Of a stretch of DNA of 64,000 bases, positions 47,001 to 58,585 are shown piece after piece (positions within the stretch are counted from its first letter, which is position 1; each line of letters opens with the position of its first letter). Made by a program: the position numbers and the translations under genes. Origin of the DNA: Antedon mediterranea (Eukaryota; Animalia; Echinodermata); NCBI RefSeq assembly GCF_964355755.1, contig NC_092678.1:15295881-15359880 (forward strand), read 5' to 3'. The notes under the pieces are model-generated. The model made no database searches. It saw only the letters and a program-made list of their open reading frames with translations, and had not been told where the DNA came from.

Positions 47001-50000
47001 CAAAGTTGGTTGATAAGTTAGTTATCATTGAACTTACCAAACGAAAACAATGAGTGCCGTGCGGAAATCGGGAGTAAATCAATCAACTCTGTGTAACTTT
47101 ACGACAAACCTTTCTTCCCGATCTCCATATTGTAACTCTGAAGCAAGTCGCTATCGTTGGGAGCCGACTTAAGCCGAGGTTTTTTTTTTCATTGTTAAAA
47201 TAAATACCATCACCCTGTTATTTTATAAAGTACTGAGCAAACGGACTAAATGTTCCATAAACGTTTTTATTTTTATTTTTTCTTCTAAAATTCTAAATAA
47301 ATGGCCAATCTTAGAACCAAAGTTGCTAAAAAGTATATAAACAACTTATCATTAGTAAAATTGTCTTGTAGAAGTGGAAAAATGAGTCATGACCGAAAAC
47401 TTCGTGACGTCAACAATAATAATTTACGATTAGCTGGACCAAGCGCAGCACGTAGACGAGGAGGTTACGCGGAAGCAGAAAAGTTAGCAACTAGAAAGTT
47501 TGTAGATATCTGTACAGTTGGACCAAGCGAGTCTATAGGTAATATTTTGTCTTTGTGAAATATTTTCAATTGAAAAAATTACTCTAACCATTAATCTTGT
47601 ATTTACTTTTTTTAATTGTGTGATCATCCATTCAACTTTTATTTTGTTATGAGCATAAAATAATGTATTGTACTATGTAGCTTTCAATATACCATATGTC
47701 CTTAATGAAGTTTCAATAAACACTGTGTTATCACGATAACGTTTTCTTTTTTATCTTTAAATTATGTTGCACAATGTGTAATAATTTTTCATAAAATGTA
47801 ACAAGCTCATGCTTTGCTTTTGTCGACAAAAATGTTGACATTTTCCAAATAAAAAATATAATGATTCACATTTCACACTTTTATTGCAGATTCATAACAT
47901 GTTGCTACCAAAACAGAAAATCTAAAAAAGAAACATATTCTTTATAATTTTAGGAGATTTTGAAGTTATTCTACGACTACCAACTTATTTACAGACAGTA
48001 AGATGTCAGGGACCTGTAGATGTGTTTGAATTGGATTTGAACAATTTTGAAAGGCAGCTTGTAAAAAGAAGTCCAAAGACTTTTTCCAATATGAGGGAAC
48101 TTGCTCAGACCAAACTGACGTCCAGAATGCAGCGACTGCACGATAAACAAGTAAGTACGGAATCTTAAAAGAACCACCGATTACATAATCAGATCAAGCT
48201 TATAAAAGATGACGCACACAACATGCTGAATTGTGCTCTTGCCATCCTAATCAATCATCTAAATTATGCAGACACGATCTCGTCATCTGATCACTTATTT
48301 GTAGACGAGTTTTATAAATTCGCAATCTGATCATCTCTTCTATATTATGCATGACTAGAATCTAGATCCATGATTTTGTCATCTCTTCATTACGTTTGAA
48401 GAATGTTGACATGGCGAGGTAATTATCTATACATCTTATTGTAAGCTTTCTTTCAACTTAAAACTAATTTTTCTTAGGGCCCTCATACTACAACAATTTC
48501 AAAATGCTTAAAGTTTTCATTCATTCATTCATAATGGTATATTTATTACAATCATCTTCACAGAAAAACTGAATTGTGACAATTGTTTACATTATTAAAA
48601 GGTTATTACAATATTTAGATTGTTTTAAAAAGATAGCATAAAATAACATCAAAAATTGAGATCCAAACAATACATTATATAAAAACATTAAAATTAACGA
48701 ACACAACATCAAAACAAGTAAAAATCTAAAAGACTGCCAAGTGAATTGAAAAAACATAATTATATTGTTATTATATATATATATATATATATACATTTTC
48801 GGTTCAATATAACCGTCTAGAAAGTGCTCAATACGGTAAAGTAGAGCTAAAATATACGTTAAGTCTGGAAAAGAAGTAACAACTACAGTTTGGTCTCTAC
48901 AGGCTTGTTTCGTGAGTCGTGCAACTCACTCATCAGGAGACTATAATGAGAAGAATCAATTACAACGCTGCTTATAAGCACATTTACTTGTAGAATTAGC
49001 ATTTACAGGTGATATGTTTTGGAATGTTAGCTGTTATGTAACAATGCTTTCTTTCTGTGCCGGCAGGCGGACACAAGTTCGTTACGTTTGTTTAATCTCA
49101 GGCGTATATAACTCCACGCGACGTACACAGCTGTCACTGAATGATAACTCATACAAAAAGTATATTTAACTCAACTAGAACTTTTATTCCTTGTAACTCG
49201 ATTAATACATCTTTCTACCACTACCAGTCAAGCCTTAATATTTTCTTTATCATCTTTCCGTTTATCTACTTTGATCTTATTCTCTCTTCTCTCTTTCTAA
49301 TATCTATTACATTCTACTTTTATACTGGACATGCAAATTTTAGGCTTCAGAGGAGGATAACATTTTCCCTCCAAAGTTATACGATTTTGATTGGCTAATA
49401 ATATTAGGCGGACCTGGTCTAAAGCATCCTTATCTAAACACAGGGAATCAGAACATAAATAATATGACAGTCGATAATTCAGGGTGGCGGATGATAAATA
49501 ATTTCTCTTTGAGGCAGAGATTGCATTTTTAGTTTGCGCTACTATATGCTTTAGTAGATGTCAAGATGCGCCATGAGGTTGTATAGTCTGTGTTATTGTC
49601 CTTGAGTGTCCAAATATGTTTACTGAGTTCAGTTGAGTTTCTAGAACGTGAATTACGGAATGATGAGGTGTGATTTCTGTATCGTGTTTTAAAATCATTT
49701 TCAGTTAGTCCGATATAAGTTTCCGAGGTGGATTTGTCTTTGCGTGTAACTGTGGCTTGGTATATTACAGATGATTGTAAGCAATTTCCGCTTAGCGGGC
49801 ATGTGTTTTTCTGTCGACAGTTGCATGTTTTGTTTTCTTGCGTGTTTTCCACGGATGTTGTTTCGGGCTGGTTGAGTATTCTCTTGTTGTGACTGTCTAT
49901 TATCTGTTTCATGTTGTTCATACAACTGTAGCTAATCTTGATAGTGTTTCGGTTGAAGATTTTTCTTAGTTTGTTATCTTTTGGAAAATGTTTGTCTACT

Positions 50001-51040
50001 AGGGATAGGAATTTCTGTCCAATGTTTGTGCTGACGTTTTTGCTGAACGGTGGGTTGTACCACAGAATGTCTTTTCGTTGTCTGTTTTTTCGTCTTGTCT
50101 GGGTTACCGGCTCGTATTTTAGTGTGTACTGGTATCCACTGTCGTTGAGAGTTTTCTGGTATACAGGGGCGGCTTGGTCGAATGAATTCTTGTCGGATGA
50201 CAAGGACGAGAGTCGTCTGTTTATTCCGGCGGGTATATATATATAATTGAATGAATTCTGAAAAAAAATCATAGCAGGGACAAATGTAATTTTATTCACC
50301 ATAATCTACCGTACACTTTGCATGGTACTAAACTAGTTTGTAAATGTAAATATATTATCTTCTACCGTTAACTCCTTGCCTTTCATAATTATTTTTATGT
50401 TATTTTTATAGTTTAACATACATCAAAATGTTTAATCTTTAAGGTGTATACACCAGTCATGGAAAAGATGCTGGAGAAGATTGAAGAAATAAATTTGTCT
50501 CATAAGAAAGGACCCAAACAAAAAGCAGAAGACGACAGTGTTCTCTTTAACCAAGGTTGGCACAAATATCGACAAAGGCAACGTCAATTCCTACGTCGAC
50601 GTGAGAGAGAACGACGTCTACAAGAAATGAAAAGAATGCAGATGCAGTATGCAGCACTTGGTGGTGATTGGCATCGTATGAGGAACACACATCTGCAACC
50701 GAATTTTCCACAGCAACCTCTACCACAGCAGCAACCACTTGACAGACTTAAAGTAGACGTGGTTGGGCTTCGCGGAAGAAGCTTCTCTGACAGTGCCATG
50801 CTCGACTTAACACCTACACCAATACTGCCAGAGATACCACACACCACAGAAGTATCCCCAAACAGCAGTGAAAACAATTCAATTTTAGAATCAACTCCAA
50901 TTGTTGAAATAGTTGTTGATGATAGAGACAATCATTCTAGCCAGTCAGCTACGAAACCTAGATCTTCGTCTATATCGAATAATCCTACGCTTCTTCCAAA
51001 GTTACAAACGATGAGACCAAGGACAGCAAGTGAAGTTTAA
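38074..51040 (+). CDS. CNBD2: Cyclic nucleotide-binding domain-containing protein 2-like, about 673 aa, 8 coding exons
   Basis: Exons 38074-38203, 44078-44165, 44683-45119, 45429-45618, 46771-46986, 47372-47538, 47954-48150, 50444-51040. All are GT-AG and phase-compatible, total 2022 nt. CNB-A: IIRQGDQGDSFFIILTG ... SFGELAL....VRSASI. CNB-B: IVKQGEPVRGIFFVLNGNV. Orthology to CNBD2 is inferred from architecture. Confidence 0.8.
39287..39621. repeat. Degenerate 335-bp palindrome (old MITE) with a perfect 22-bp inner inverted repeat
   Basis: tccaatcaaatgacgtcatgat (39408-39429) pairs with atcatgacgtcatttgattgga (39480-39501); the outer arms pair imperfectly. Confidence 0.7.
42300..42333. repeat. 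(GATTT)n microsatellite
   Basis: About six tandem gattt units. Confidence 0.85.
45656..46040 (+). mobile_element. Non-autonomous repeat with an aat|AGAGAGTTT end, related to 58775-59190
   Basis: Shares ggtt.atcggcgcatct, tttact..ttgtcgtttt, agttttgctg and cccatac blocks with 58880-59180. Its terminus matches the first 9 nt of the TIR at 54930. Confidence 0.55.
46553..46688. mobile_element. Small MITE-like inverted repeat
   Basis: ttaaagccaacacaggcaacgtcgtacgac ... gtcgtacgaggctgtctgagttggcattaa. Confidence 0.55.
48893..48941 (-). ncRNA. Type I hammerhead ribozyme in the Penelope-like terminal repeat
   Basis: Minus strand: gtctc CTGATGA gtgagt-tgcacg-actcac GAAA c-aagcct-GTA gagac. This gives stem I gtctc/gagac, a complete catalytic core, a 6-bp stem II, a short stem III and a GUA cleavage triplet. 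Confidence 0.85.
49132..49469 (-). mobile_element. Solo-LTR-like insertion interrupting the Penelope endonuclease C-terminus
   Basis: TGTCA...TGACA ends; on the minus strand CCAAT, TATAAAA (about 49322) and AATAAA (about 49185) occur in order; it separates ...HPELST from LNKRNE... No TSD found. Confidence 0.5.
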
Positions 51041-52239
51041 ATTTACATAAAATCATAGAAATATTATTGAAAAACAGATGGTAAACGCCAACACAATCAC
51101 ACCTTTAAAAGTGAGTCACTGTTGCAATCGACCAATCAGATGCAATTCGTACAGAACCAATACAGCATATTGACTTACTTACTATATTATTTAGAAAACT
51201 CTTTAAAAAGTATTTTTTAAATTTATATAAAGTAAATATTTACCGGAGAACAATTGACATAGACCTACTGTAATAATAATAATTATTATCATAAATTATT
51301 ATAAAACAATTTAATGTCAGTATTGGAGAACATTTTGATCTTGTACCTCATTAAGGTAATTGAAAACTATGTACTGTATTAATCCAGTACAATTTAAATA
51401 TATATACTGGTTTGACACATCAACCAATTGAGCGAAACAAACAGCTAAAAGTCAGTACTGCATGGAAATCTGCACATTATATTGAATCAGTGGAAACTGA
51501 GATTGAAACTAAACTATACATATCATTTAGTACCGATGCATATTACTAGTACATTTTCTCTCATTAGGTTAGGAATATTAATTGCAACTATTGTACAACT
51601 TTTAAATTGCGCGCAAAATTAATGGTAATGTCAGATATTTTTAAACATTAGAATAGTAACTATTTTTTAAAGAATGTAAACGATTTGTAAATTCATAGTA
51701 TTATGAAAAATTGTCAACACTACAGCAGCGCATTGCAGAAAAAATATAGATTTTGTAGAATACAATATTACAAAGTATACATATTTATTTATAGACTATT
51801 ATTAAATTATTTATAGTTAATTAATATGATAATTGCCTAATAACATTAAATGAAATATAGTAATTAAAATAGGAAATATTATTCTCCATCTCACATACAA
51901 ACATATTGTGGAAGATACTTACTACTTACTATTCACTACGTACTATTCCACGGGGTAATGTAATATACATCATGTTGTTGATAGAGCTGTACATTAGTAT
52001 AGAATATTATTTAAAAAAGCAAACCATTAGGATCATCTATAGATCGGATATATAAATTGTATAAAATACAGTATTACTGAACATACCTCAGTCCTCTTAA
52101 CACAAGTATAGATAATTTACATTTTTGTATATGATAACTGTTATAGTAAGGTATTTGACTGTGGGTAAATGCCAAATTACAAACAATTGGAATGATTAGT
52201 ATTGCAGAAATCGTGACAATCTTGCAATATGGTTATATA

Positions 52240-52244
<5 letters not shown>

Positions 52245-52279
<35 letters not shown>
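52245..52279. repeat. (TA)n microsatellite
   Basis: About 17 TA units. Confidence 0.9.
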
Positions 52280-52281
<2 letters not shown>

Positions 52282-52768
52282 CAATGTTAAGAGGATCCTT
52301 ACCAATAAAGTAAAGAGGCTCTGAGTAAAACTCTTACGGTGCATCATAACAATGTTGTAGTTGAATGAATAAACACTTTTACTGCAAGTAGTCGATCCAT
52401 TTGGTAATTACAAACTTTTGTTTGATCTCTATCTTTTAATGTGAGTGATGTGAAGTGATGCCTGTTAAATGAAGAGCAGGTCATATTTATATAACCGTTT
52501 ATAGTCTTCTATGCGTTTCAATTAGATTTCCTCGTACATTCCATTTCGTTTCAATGTTAATATAGACATTGACGTAATGACGTAGGCTTGTAAGTAGAAA
52601 CACAAACTGAACTAGAAAATGAGTCAGAATTTAGAATGAAAAAGGAGAATTATTTCTTAATGTAACAAAAGCGATGCTGATCTCTAAACACATTCAGAAA
52701 ACTAATTTCAACTCTGACTCATTAAACGACAGAAATGTTAGTAGTTGGCCAATTAAACTATAACGGTT

Positions 52769-53787
52769 TGTGGAGCCGTGAAATGTGCAAAAAGTCACAT
52801 TTGTGCAAACAACCACGTTTGTGTAAACATTTTACCTTCAAATGTGCAAACAACCACATTTGTGCAAACATTTTACCTTCAAATGTGCAAACATCACGCC
52901 GTTAAATGTAAAAACGATCAGTTTTGACGTTAAATGTGCAAAAGGTATTCTACAATGTGCAAAGCATTCTTCAACCAAGCTCCTATTCCATTTTATATTT
53001 TTGGTTCGTAGGTCTTTCAGAGTAGAAATAACAATAGGAAAAAGAGTATAATAAAATGTTCAATATCATAACTAATTATACTGTTGTATTTTATTATAAT
53101 CAAAGGCTCCAAATCGCCTCGGCTAAATTCAAGTCGGCCCAAGTCAACTCGCCCTGAAGTCAACTCGGCCTCAAGTCAACTCGGCCAAAAACTAATCGGT
53201 CAACTACATTCATATTCATATTATTTTTCTTCTGTTCAGTAGACTTATTTTGTCCCATTCATTTGCACTTTTTGCGTTTCATACTTTAAGGTGGCCTAGT
53301 TGACGTGAGGCCGAGTTGACTTCAGGGCGAGTTGACTTCAGGGCGAGTTGACTTGTGGGCGAGTTGACTTGGGGTCGACTTGAATTTGACTTAGACGGGT
53401 TAAAGCCTTTGATCATAATAAAATACAACAGTATAATTAGTTATTATGATATTGAGCATTTTAAATTTATTAGACTCTTTTTCCTATTGTTATTTCTACT
53501 CTGAAAGACCTACGAACCAAAAATATAAAATGTAATAGGAATTTGACTGAATAAATGATTTGCACATTTGTAGAATACCTTTTGCACATTTAACGTCAAA
53601 ACTGATCGTTTTTACATTTAACGTCGTGATGTTTGCACATTTGCAGGTTATACATTTTTACAGATTTGCACATTTGAAGGTAAAATGTTTGCACAAATGT
53701 GGTTGTTTGCACATTTGAAGGTAAAATGTTTGCACAAATGTGGTTGTTTGCACAAATGTGACTTTTTGCACATTTCACGGCTCCACA
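52769..53787. mobile_element. About 1-kb foldback element with TGT...ACA ends and a nested second palindromic repeat
   Basis: About 340-380-bp inverted arms (tgtggagccgtgaaatgtgc...) with tgtgcaaa repeats; flanking direct repeat cggtt at 52764-52768 and 53788-53792; centre 53110-53400 consists of aagtcaactcg(g)cc and reverse-complement arrays. Confidence 0.85.
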
Positions 53788-54049
53788 CGGTTTCATGATA
53801 ACTGTGAAACTCGATGGCAGAGCAAACGCAAGCTGGGGGTGGTCCATTATGAACGTCTGGCTAGTTATCGAAAGGTTCCACAGGAGAAAAAAAATACAAT
53901 TTTCAGTGTTCTCAATGTACATAGTCAGTACAAAATTACGTCAGAGTAGGACAATTACAGTATGTTACCAATACTGAAAACCATGACACAAAGATTTTCT
54001 ACAGTAATCAAATAATAATTATCACATCGCGATACAGTACTGCTTACTT

Positions 54050-54329
54050 TGGTTCGAATCTCACCCTAGCCATCAGCCCAATCACGGCCATTAATGTGAG
54101 AGACAACTACGCAACGTCTGTTCATTGCAGGCTGTAGAAAAGGGAAAAAACTAAATACATCAATGTGTACCAGTTAGATCAATACACAACTTTACGATAA
54201 ATACTATATGTATTATTATGGGAGTATGGTTCCATACGTGTTTGATCCAAACAATGACCAGGCTAATAATATGCAGCGCAACTGAGAGCTTGCTTGTGCG
54301 CTATAAGAATGAACTATTATTATTATTAA
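54050..54329 (+). mobile_element. tRNA-type SINE-like element
   Basis: B-box-like ggttcgaatc at 54051; 3' end gtgcgctataagaa...(tat)n resembles L2-partner SINE tails. Confidence 0.45.
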
Positions 54330-55102
54330 CAATGGCGTCGCCTGTCAAATCTGGGATTGACTCTCATGTTGAATATCTTACAGTACAATAGAAGATTGTA
54401 TTATATTTCAAGAATGTCTTATTACCCTACAGGCTGTAAATGTATAATATGTAATACCTTCTTAATGTTGATATAACGCGATTAGTTTTAAGCAATTCAA
54501 CAGTCTTTCTGACTATGCTTTCTTTAAAACGTAGCATGGATAAGGAAGTTCCCTCTGGCATGGTAATAGACACTAGATATTGTACGTTGCTTTGTTAAAT
54601 GAATTACCAAAGGGTTACCAAATATCAGAATGCGAATTTAAGTTGTTTGGGCCTTTTCAATTTTCATAAAACTCGAAAATGTGTTAAAGCACGTCAGCAT
54701 AATGTGAAGGCTTATAATGATATTTGATTTACAGTATAATAATTGTATTCATGACACGTAATAGTAGGCTTAGGAGGTTTATATTCTTTGTACTCACTTT
54801 TTAAACTCGGTGAAATCATATTAGATTGTGAAAATTATGAATCTATTCAAGGTAATGTAGCTTTCTTGTTATTCATTAGAATATATTTTTTTGCTCAGGC
54901 TAGGACTTATGGTTCTAGTGGTTTGCATTAGAGAGTTTACGAAACACGACGGGAGCTCAGACAACGAGTGATTGACAGTGATAGCCACGCCCACTGGCGA
55001 CACTGCGCCTGCGTAAGTAATTTCACCAGTTGTCGTCTAGTAGCAGACAACTGCAAAATTGCTGTTTTGCAGTTCACAGTGCACGAAAAAAAAATACAAA
55101 CA

Positions 55103-56303
55103 ATGACTTCTCAATTAGCTGCCCAAAGTATGTATATTTGGTTATGTTTATATTTAAAATGATCATCAATTAAATAATGGGATCCTAAATAATGTTTGCA
55201 TCGATTTCTGATTTATGACCTATTTAATAATAGATAAAATTATCACTTAAAATAAAGTGCCATTTGCTGCCTAAAAAAGTAGGCTAGAAAGAATAGGCCG
55301 CAGGTTGGCGCACCTAGGCTAGGCCTAATAGCTATTACTATCTAAGCTTAGGCTACTACTAGGCCTAACTAAACTACGGCCTATTCTATGCCTAGTCCTC
55401 CTACATATACTAAGTCACTAACTAGGCCTAGCTAGGCTGGGAAGGCCCTCTATTTTTTTACCTCCTATTCATATTGCCACGCTGTGTAGGTAGGCCAGGC
55501 CTATAATAGGCCTAGGGCCTAGCTAGGCTACTAGGCCTAGAGTAGTAGTAGGCCTAATTGTTTTTTTTTAAATATAGGTAGGCCTAGCCTAGGCTAGGCC
55601 TATATATTTTTGTGGCAATCCAAGTTGAATGTTTAGCCTGGCTAGCATTAGACTAGGCCTAGCCTCTAATGGTAGGCCACCTACCTAGGTTGCCTACTAC
55701 TGGCCCTAGCCTAGGCTAGGCCTAGTTAGTAGTAGTATAGTACTAGCTATATGCTAGTAGGCTCGAGCAAGACACACAAATTTAGCTTTTGGCGCAACCC
55801 ATCCTACTTCTAGAGACTAGCTAGGTCATACCAGTCATTTTTCATCCAGACCTGTCTACATTGGTTTACCTAGATTTGGTTTGAGGCCTAGCCTATAATA
55901 TACTGAGCTATAACAACATCAATGACAGAATACTTTTATTCTGTAGTGTTATTGATTGATATTATACATACATTTTTTATCCTATTTTAGCAAAAAAAAT
56001 ATCTCCAACTAAGAAGTGGTCTCCAGAAAAGGATGACCAGTTAGTGAAGGAAATGATACATTGGATCCTTTCCAGTACAGAGAAAGAAGGCAGCAACACG
56101 GAAAAGTATGGAAAGACATTGCAGGCAATCTTTCACCATCTTTCGACTTTAACTTAGATGGAAGAAATGTAAGGGATAGATGGAATCTATTAAAGGACAA
56201 GTTGAGGGCAAAATTGAATAATGAGATAAGAGGGTCTGGTATCGCTCCATCAGCATTATCAGAAACAGAAGCTGCAATAGAAGATTTGCTAAGTCAGGAG
56301 TAA
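55103..56303 (+). pseudogene. Myb/SANT-like DNA-binding protein of the Harbinger-type element (exons 55103-55127 and 55991-56303)
   Basis: KWSPEKDDQLVKEMI/DPFQY...GKVWKDIAGNL...RNVRDRWNLL...RGSG; frameshift near 56059; early stop followed by a SINE insertion. Confidence 0.75.
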
Positions 56304-56364
56304 AATGCCTTAAACATAAGATCAGAGAGTGGTGATGCAGCCACAGCACGAGCTGCAGGTGAAG

Positions 56365-56555
56365 AGGTCGTGAGGTGGTTTCCCGAATGATCGTAAAATC
56401 AAAACGGTACTGGGTATGACCAACTAGCGTTATTGTCACCGACTAGTCATCCATTCATATAAGTACTGATGTAGTAGCCTACCTGTACGGTGACCATATA
56501 ATGTGACCCGAGGCATGGCTAACTACGACTTTTAGTTGATAGAAGATTGAAAAAA
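56365..56555 (+). mobile_element. SINE-like repeat nested in the Harbinger-type element
   Basis: Homologous to the reverse complement of 26210-26420. Confidence 0.6.
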
Positions 56556-56769
56556 TTGTTAATAAGAGTTGTACTGTATGTGGATGTTTAATGAAATTAT
56601 GTCAATAATGTTTACACACTAGGCATATAAATAGGGATAAGAAATTGTATTTTTAGGTTTCTTCTATAGCCCTCTCTGTTTTTGATAAAGGTGGTCTCCC
56701 ATCTAACTTAAAACCATTAAAAGATTACTTGCTGAGTCCTTTAAAGTGTATATACTGTATAAGGTAATT

Positions 56770-57063
56770 AATAATTGTGCAATATTAAAAACAATGCAAT
56801 ATCAACAACTTTTAAAGTAAACATGCTTATGTATTCTGTAGTAACATTAATATATTTTAATGTTCAATATAAAGTTTAAACAGTTGAGTTCATAATATAT
56901 TTTAACAAATTGAATACACTGTATTACACACGGTACAATAATAATTGTGCAATATTAAAAACAATGCAATATAAACAACTTTTAAAGTAAATATGCTTAT
57001 GTATTCTGTAGTAACATTAATATATTTTAATGTTCAATATAAAGTTTAAACAGTTGAGTTCAT
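56770..57063. repeat. Tandem duplication, about 124-bp core with 170-bp period
   Basis: aataattgtgcaatattaaaaacaatgc...cagttgagttcat at 56770-56893 and 56940-57063, nearly identical. Confidence 0.85.
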
Positions 57064-57239
57064 TTACAGTACTACTATAAATAAAATTGCCCTGAGACTT
57101 TACAGTATACCTAACTTACGTGTATCAATCTGATTGTATAAATATGATCCAATGTATTACTGTATTAAAATTATTAACTTTTAAAAAGGTGTAAAATGAT
57201 TTATTTTATAATTACTTGTATTGCCTGTATAATTTATCG

Positions 57240-58585
57240 GAAATAAGGGCATAAGGGCAGGCGGATCTAATTTAAAGGTTTTGGATGTAATGTTGCCATA
57301 AAGACACGTGTGAGCATTTGTTAACAGACAACAAACTACATTTTCCCAATTGCACTTAAGCCTATTTTTTGGGTTTTCTTGAAGTCCACAAATTTCAAAT
57401 TTTCTATGATATCTCTGAATAGCCATTCAACAGACACCCTAGCCTGGCTCATGGATCTGTTAAAATCCTGTTGACCTTGTGTCAAGTTTCCTTTAAAAGG
57501 AGCCTGTAAATGGACACGAAGGGGATAAGCCGGGTCTCCATAAATGCAGAGAGGATCTCCATTTAGCCGTACGGCATAACGTTCTAACTGTTGTAATAAG
57601 TTGGATTCTCTTAACATGAAGGCATCATGGCGACATCCCTCTATTGGTCCGAACAGGTTTGCGATTAGTCCATTTGGCGTGACAACTGACTGAAATTTTA
57701 ATGAATGTACACGCTTATGGCCATTATATACAATTCTTTGGTGTTCACCAGGCCTACAAATTGGACGCACCGTCCCATCCACGAACCCCCAACAATTGTC
57801 AATCGCAGATTGCAGCAGCAAAACGTTCCATATTGCCAGGTGATAGCCAAGGCTGTCGAAAACAATTGCTAAACAGATGCTCGAATCCGTTATATATGTA
57901 ATTCAGAGCCATATTCGTTATCATGCAGAGTTGGGGAATGGGCCTGGCAAACATTGGCACCATATCAATGTACCTGCATGGATATGCAAACCTTTTCAGC
58001 AAAATGCACAAAGTTTCGATGCCAGTAACTTTAAGACCGTTAACACATTTAACATCATCCTCTATCTGTAGAGCTCTCTGCAGTCGATAAATGTCTTCTT
58101 TTCGAAATCTTTAAATAAAATTGAAAGCATGTGTTGTAACTAAACTAAGTTGAATACCTAGCCTAGCCCTAGTAGTATAAATAAGTAGCCTATATTGGCT
58201 ATAAATCATGAATAATAATATTAAAAATACTGTATTATAGACAGACCAACAATTTATTAAATCAACTTGGTGACAATAAATTAGCCAAAAAGATTAGCTC
58301 ATAATTATGCCAGACAATACTACTTTCTCTAAAGCCTACCCTACTGCCTAACTAAGTCTTAGTAATATGATGAATGATTGGCTTGTGGGTGATTTATCCC
58401 CGGACTTACCTGAAAAACGCATTACATTCGTCGTCATTGTAAGATTCCAGATTAAATTTATTGTAATCATTGTACTGAACATTTAAATTATTTGTTTTAT
58501 TAAGATTATATAAAAGCAAATATTCCTCAGGGTCAATTATATCTTCATAAAGTGCGATATTTAATGCATCTTGTACGAAAGCCAT
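57240..58585 (-). pseudogene. Harbinger/HARBI1-like DDE transposase (exon 1 58585-58410, exon 2 from 58108), frameshifted
   Basis: FRF.KEDI; LKRFAYPCRY.DM; catalytic GFVDGT, YNGHKRVH, YGDPAY, RVSVEW. Frameshifts near 57810 and 57337; GT-AG intron at 58409-58109. Confidence 0.9.

Larger units (their letters stand above)
48794..50233 (-). mobile_element. 5'-truncated Penelope-like retroelement (Naiad-like) in the last CNBD2 intron, inserted in (TA)n
   Basis: RT thumb/linker WYNPPFS; CNCRQKNTC; GIY-YIG variant VIYQA...TYIGLT..DFKTRY.NH; then KCNLCLKEK and LNKRNELVSACRH after disruptions. Flanked by (TA)n at 48772-48793 and 50234-50244. Confidence 0.88.

Noticed and set aside
50234-50302. N-terminal part of the 257-aa ORF (MVNKITF...)
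   Set aside because: Lies outside the Penelope element beyond the (TA)n junction; chance open frame.
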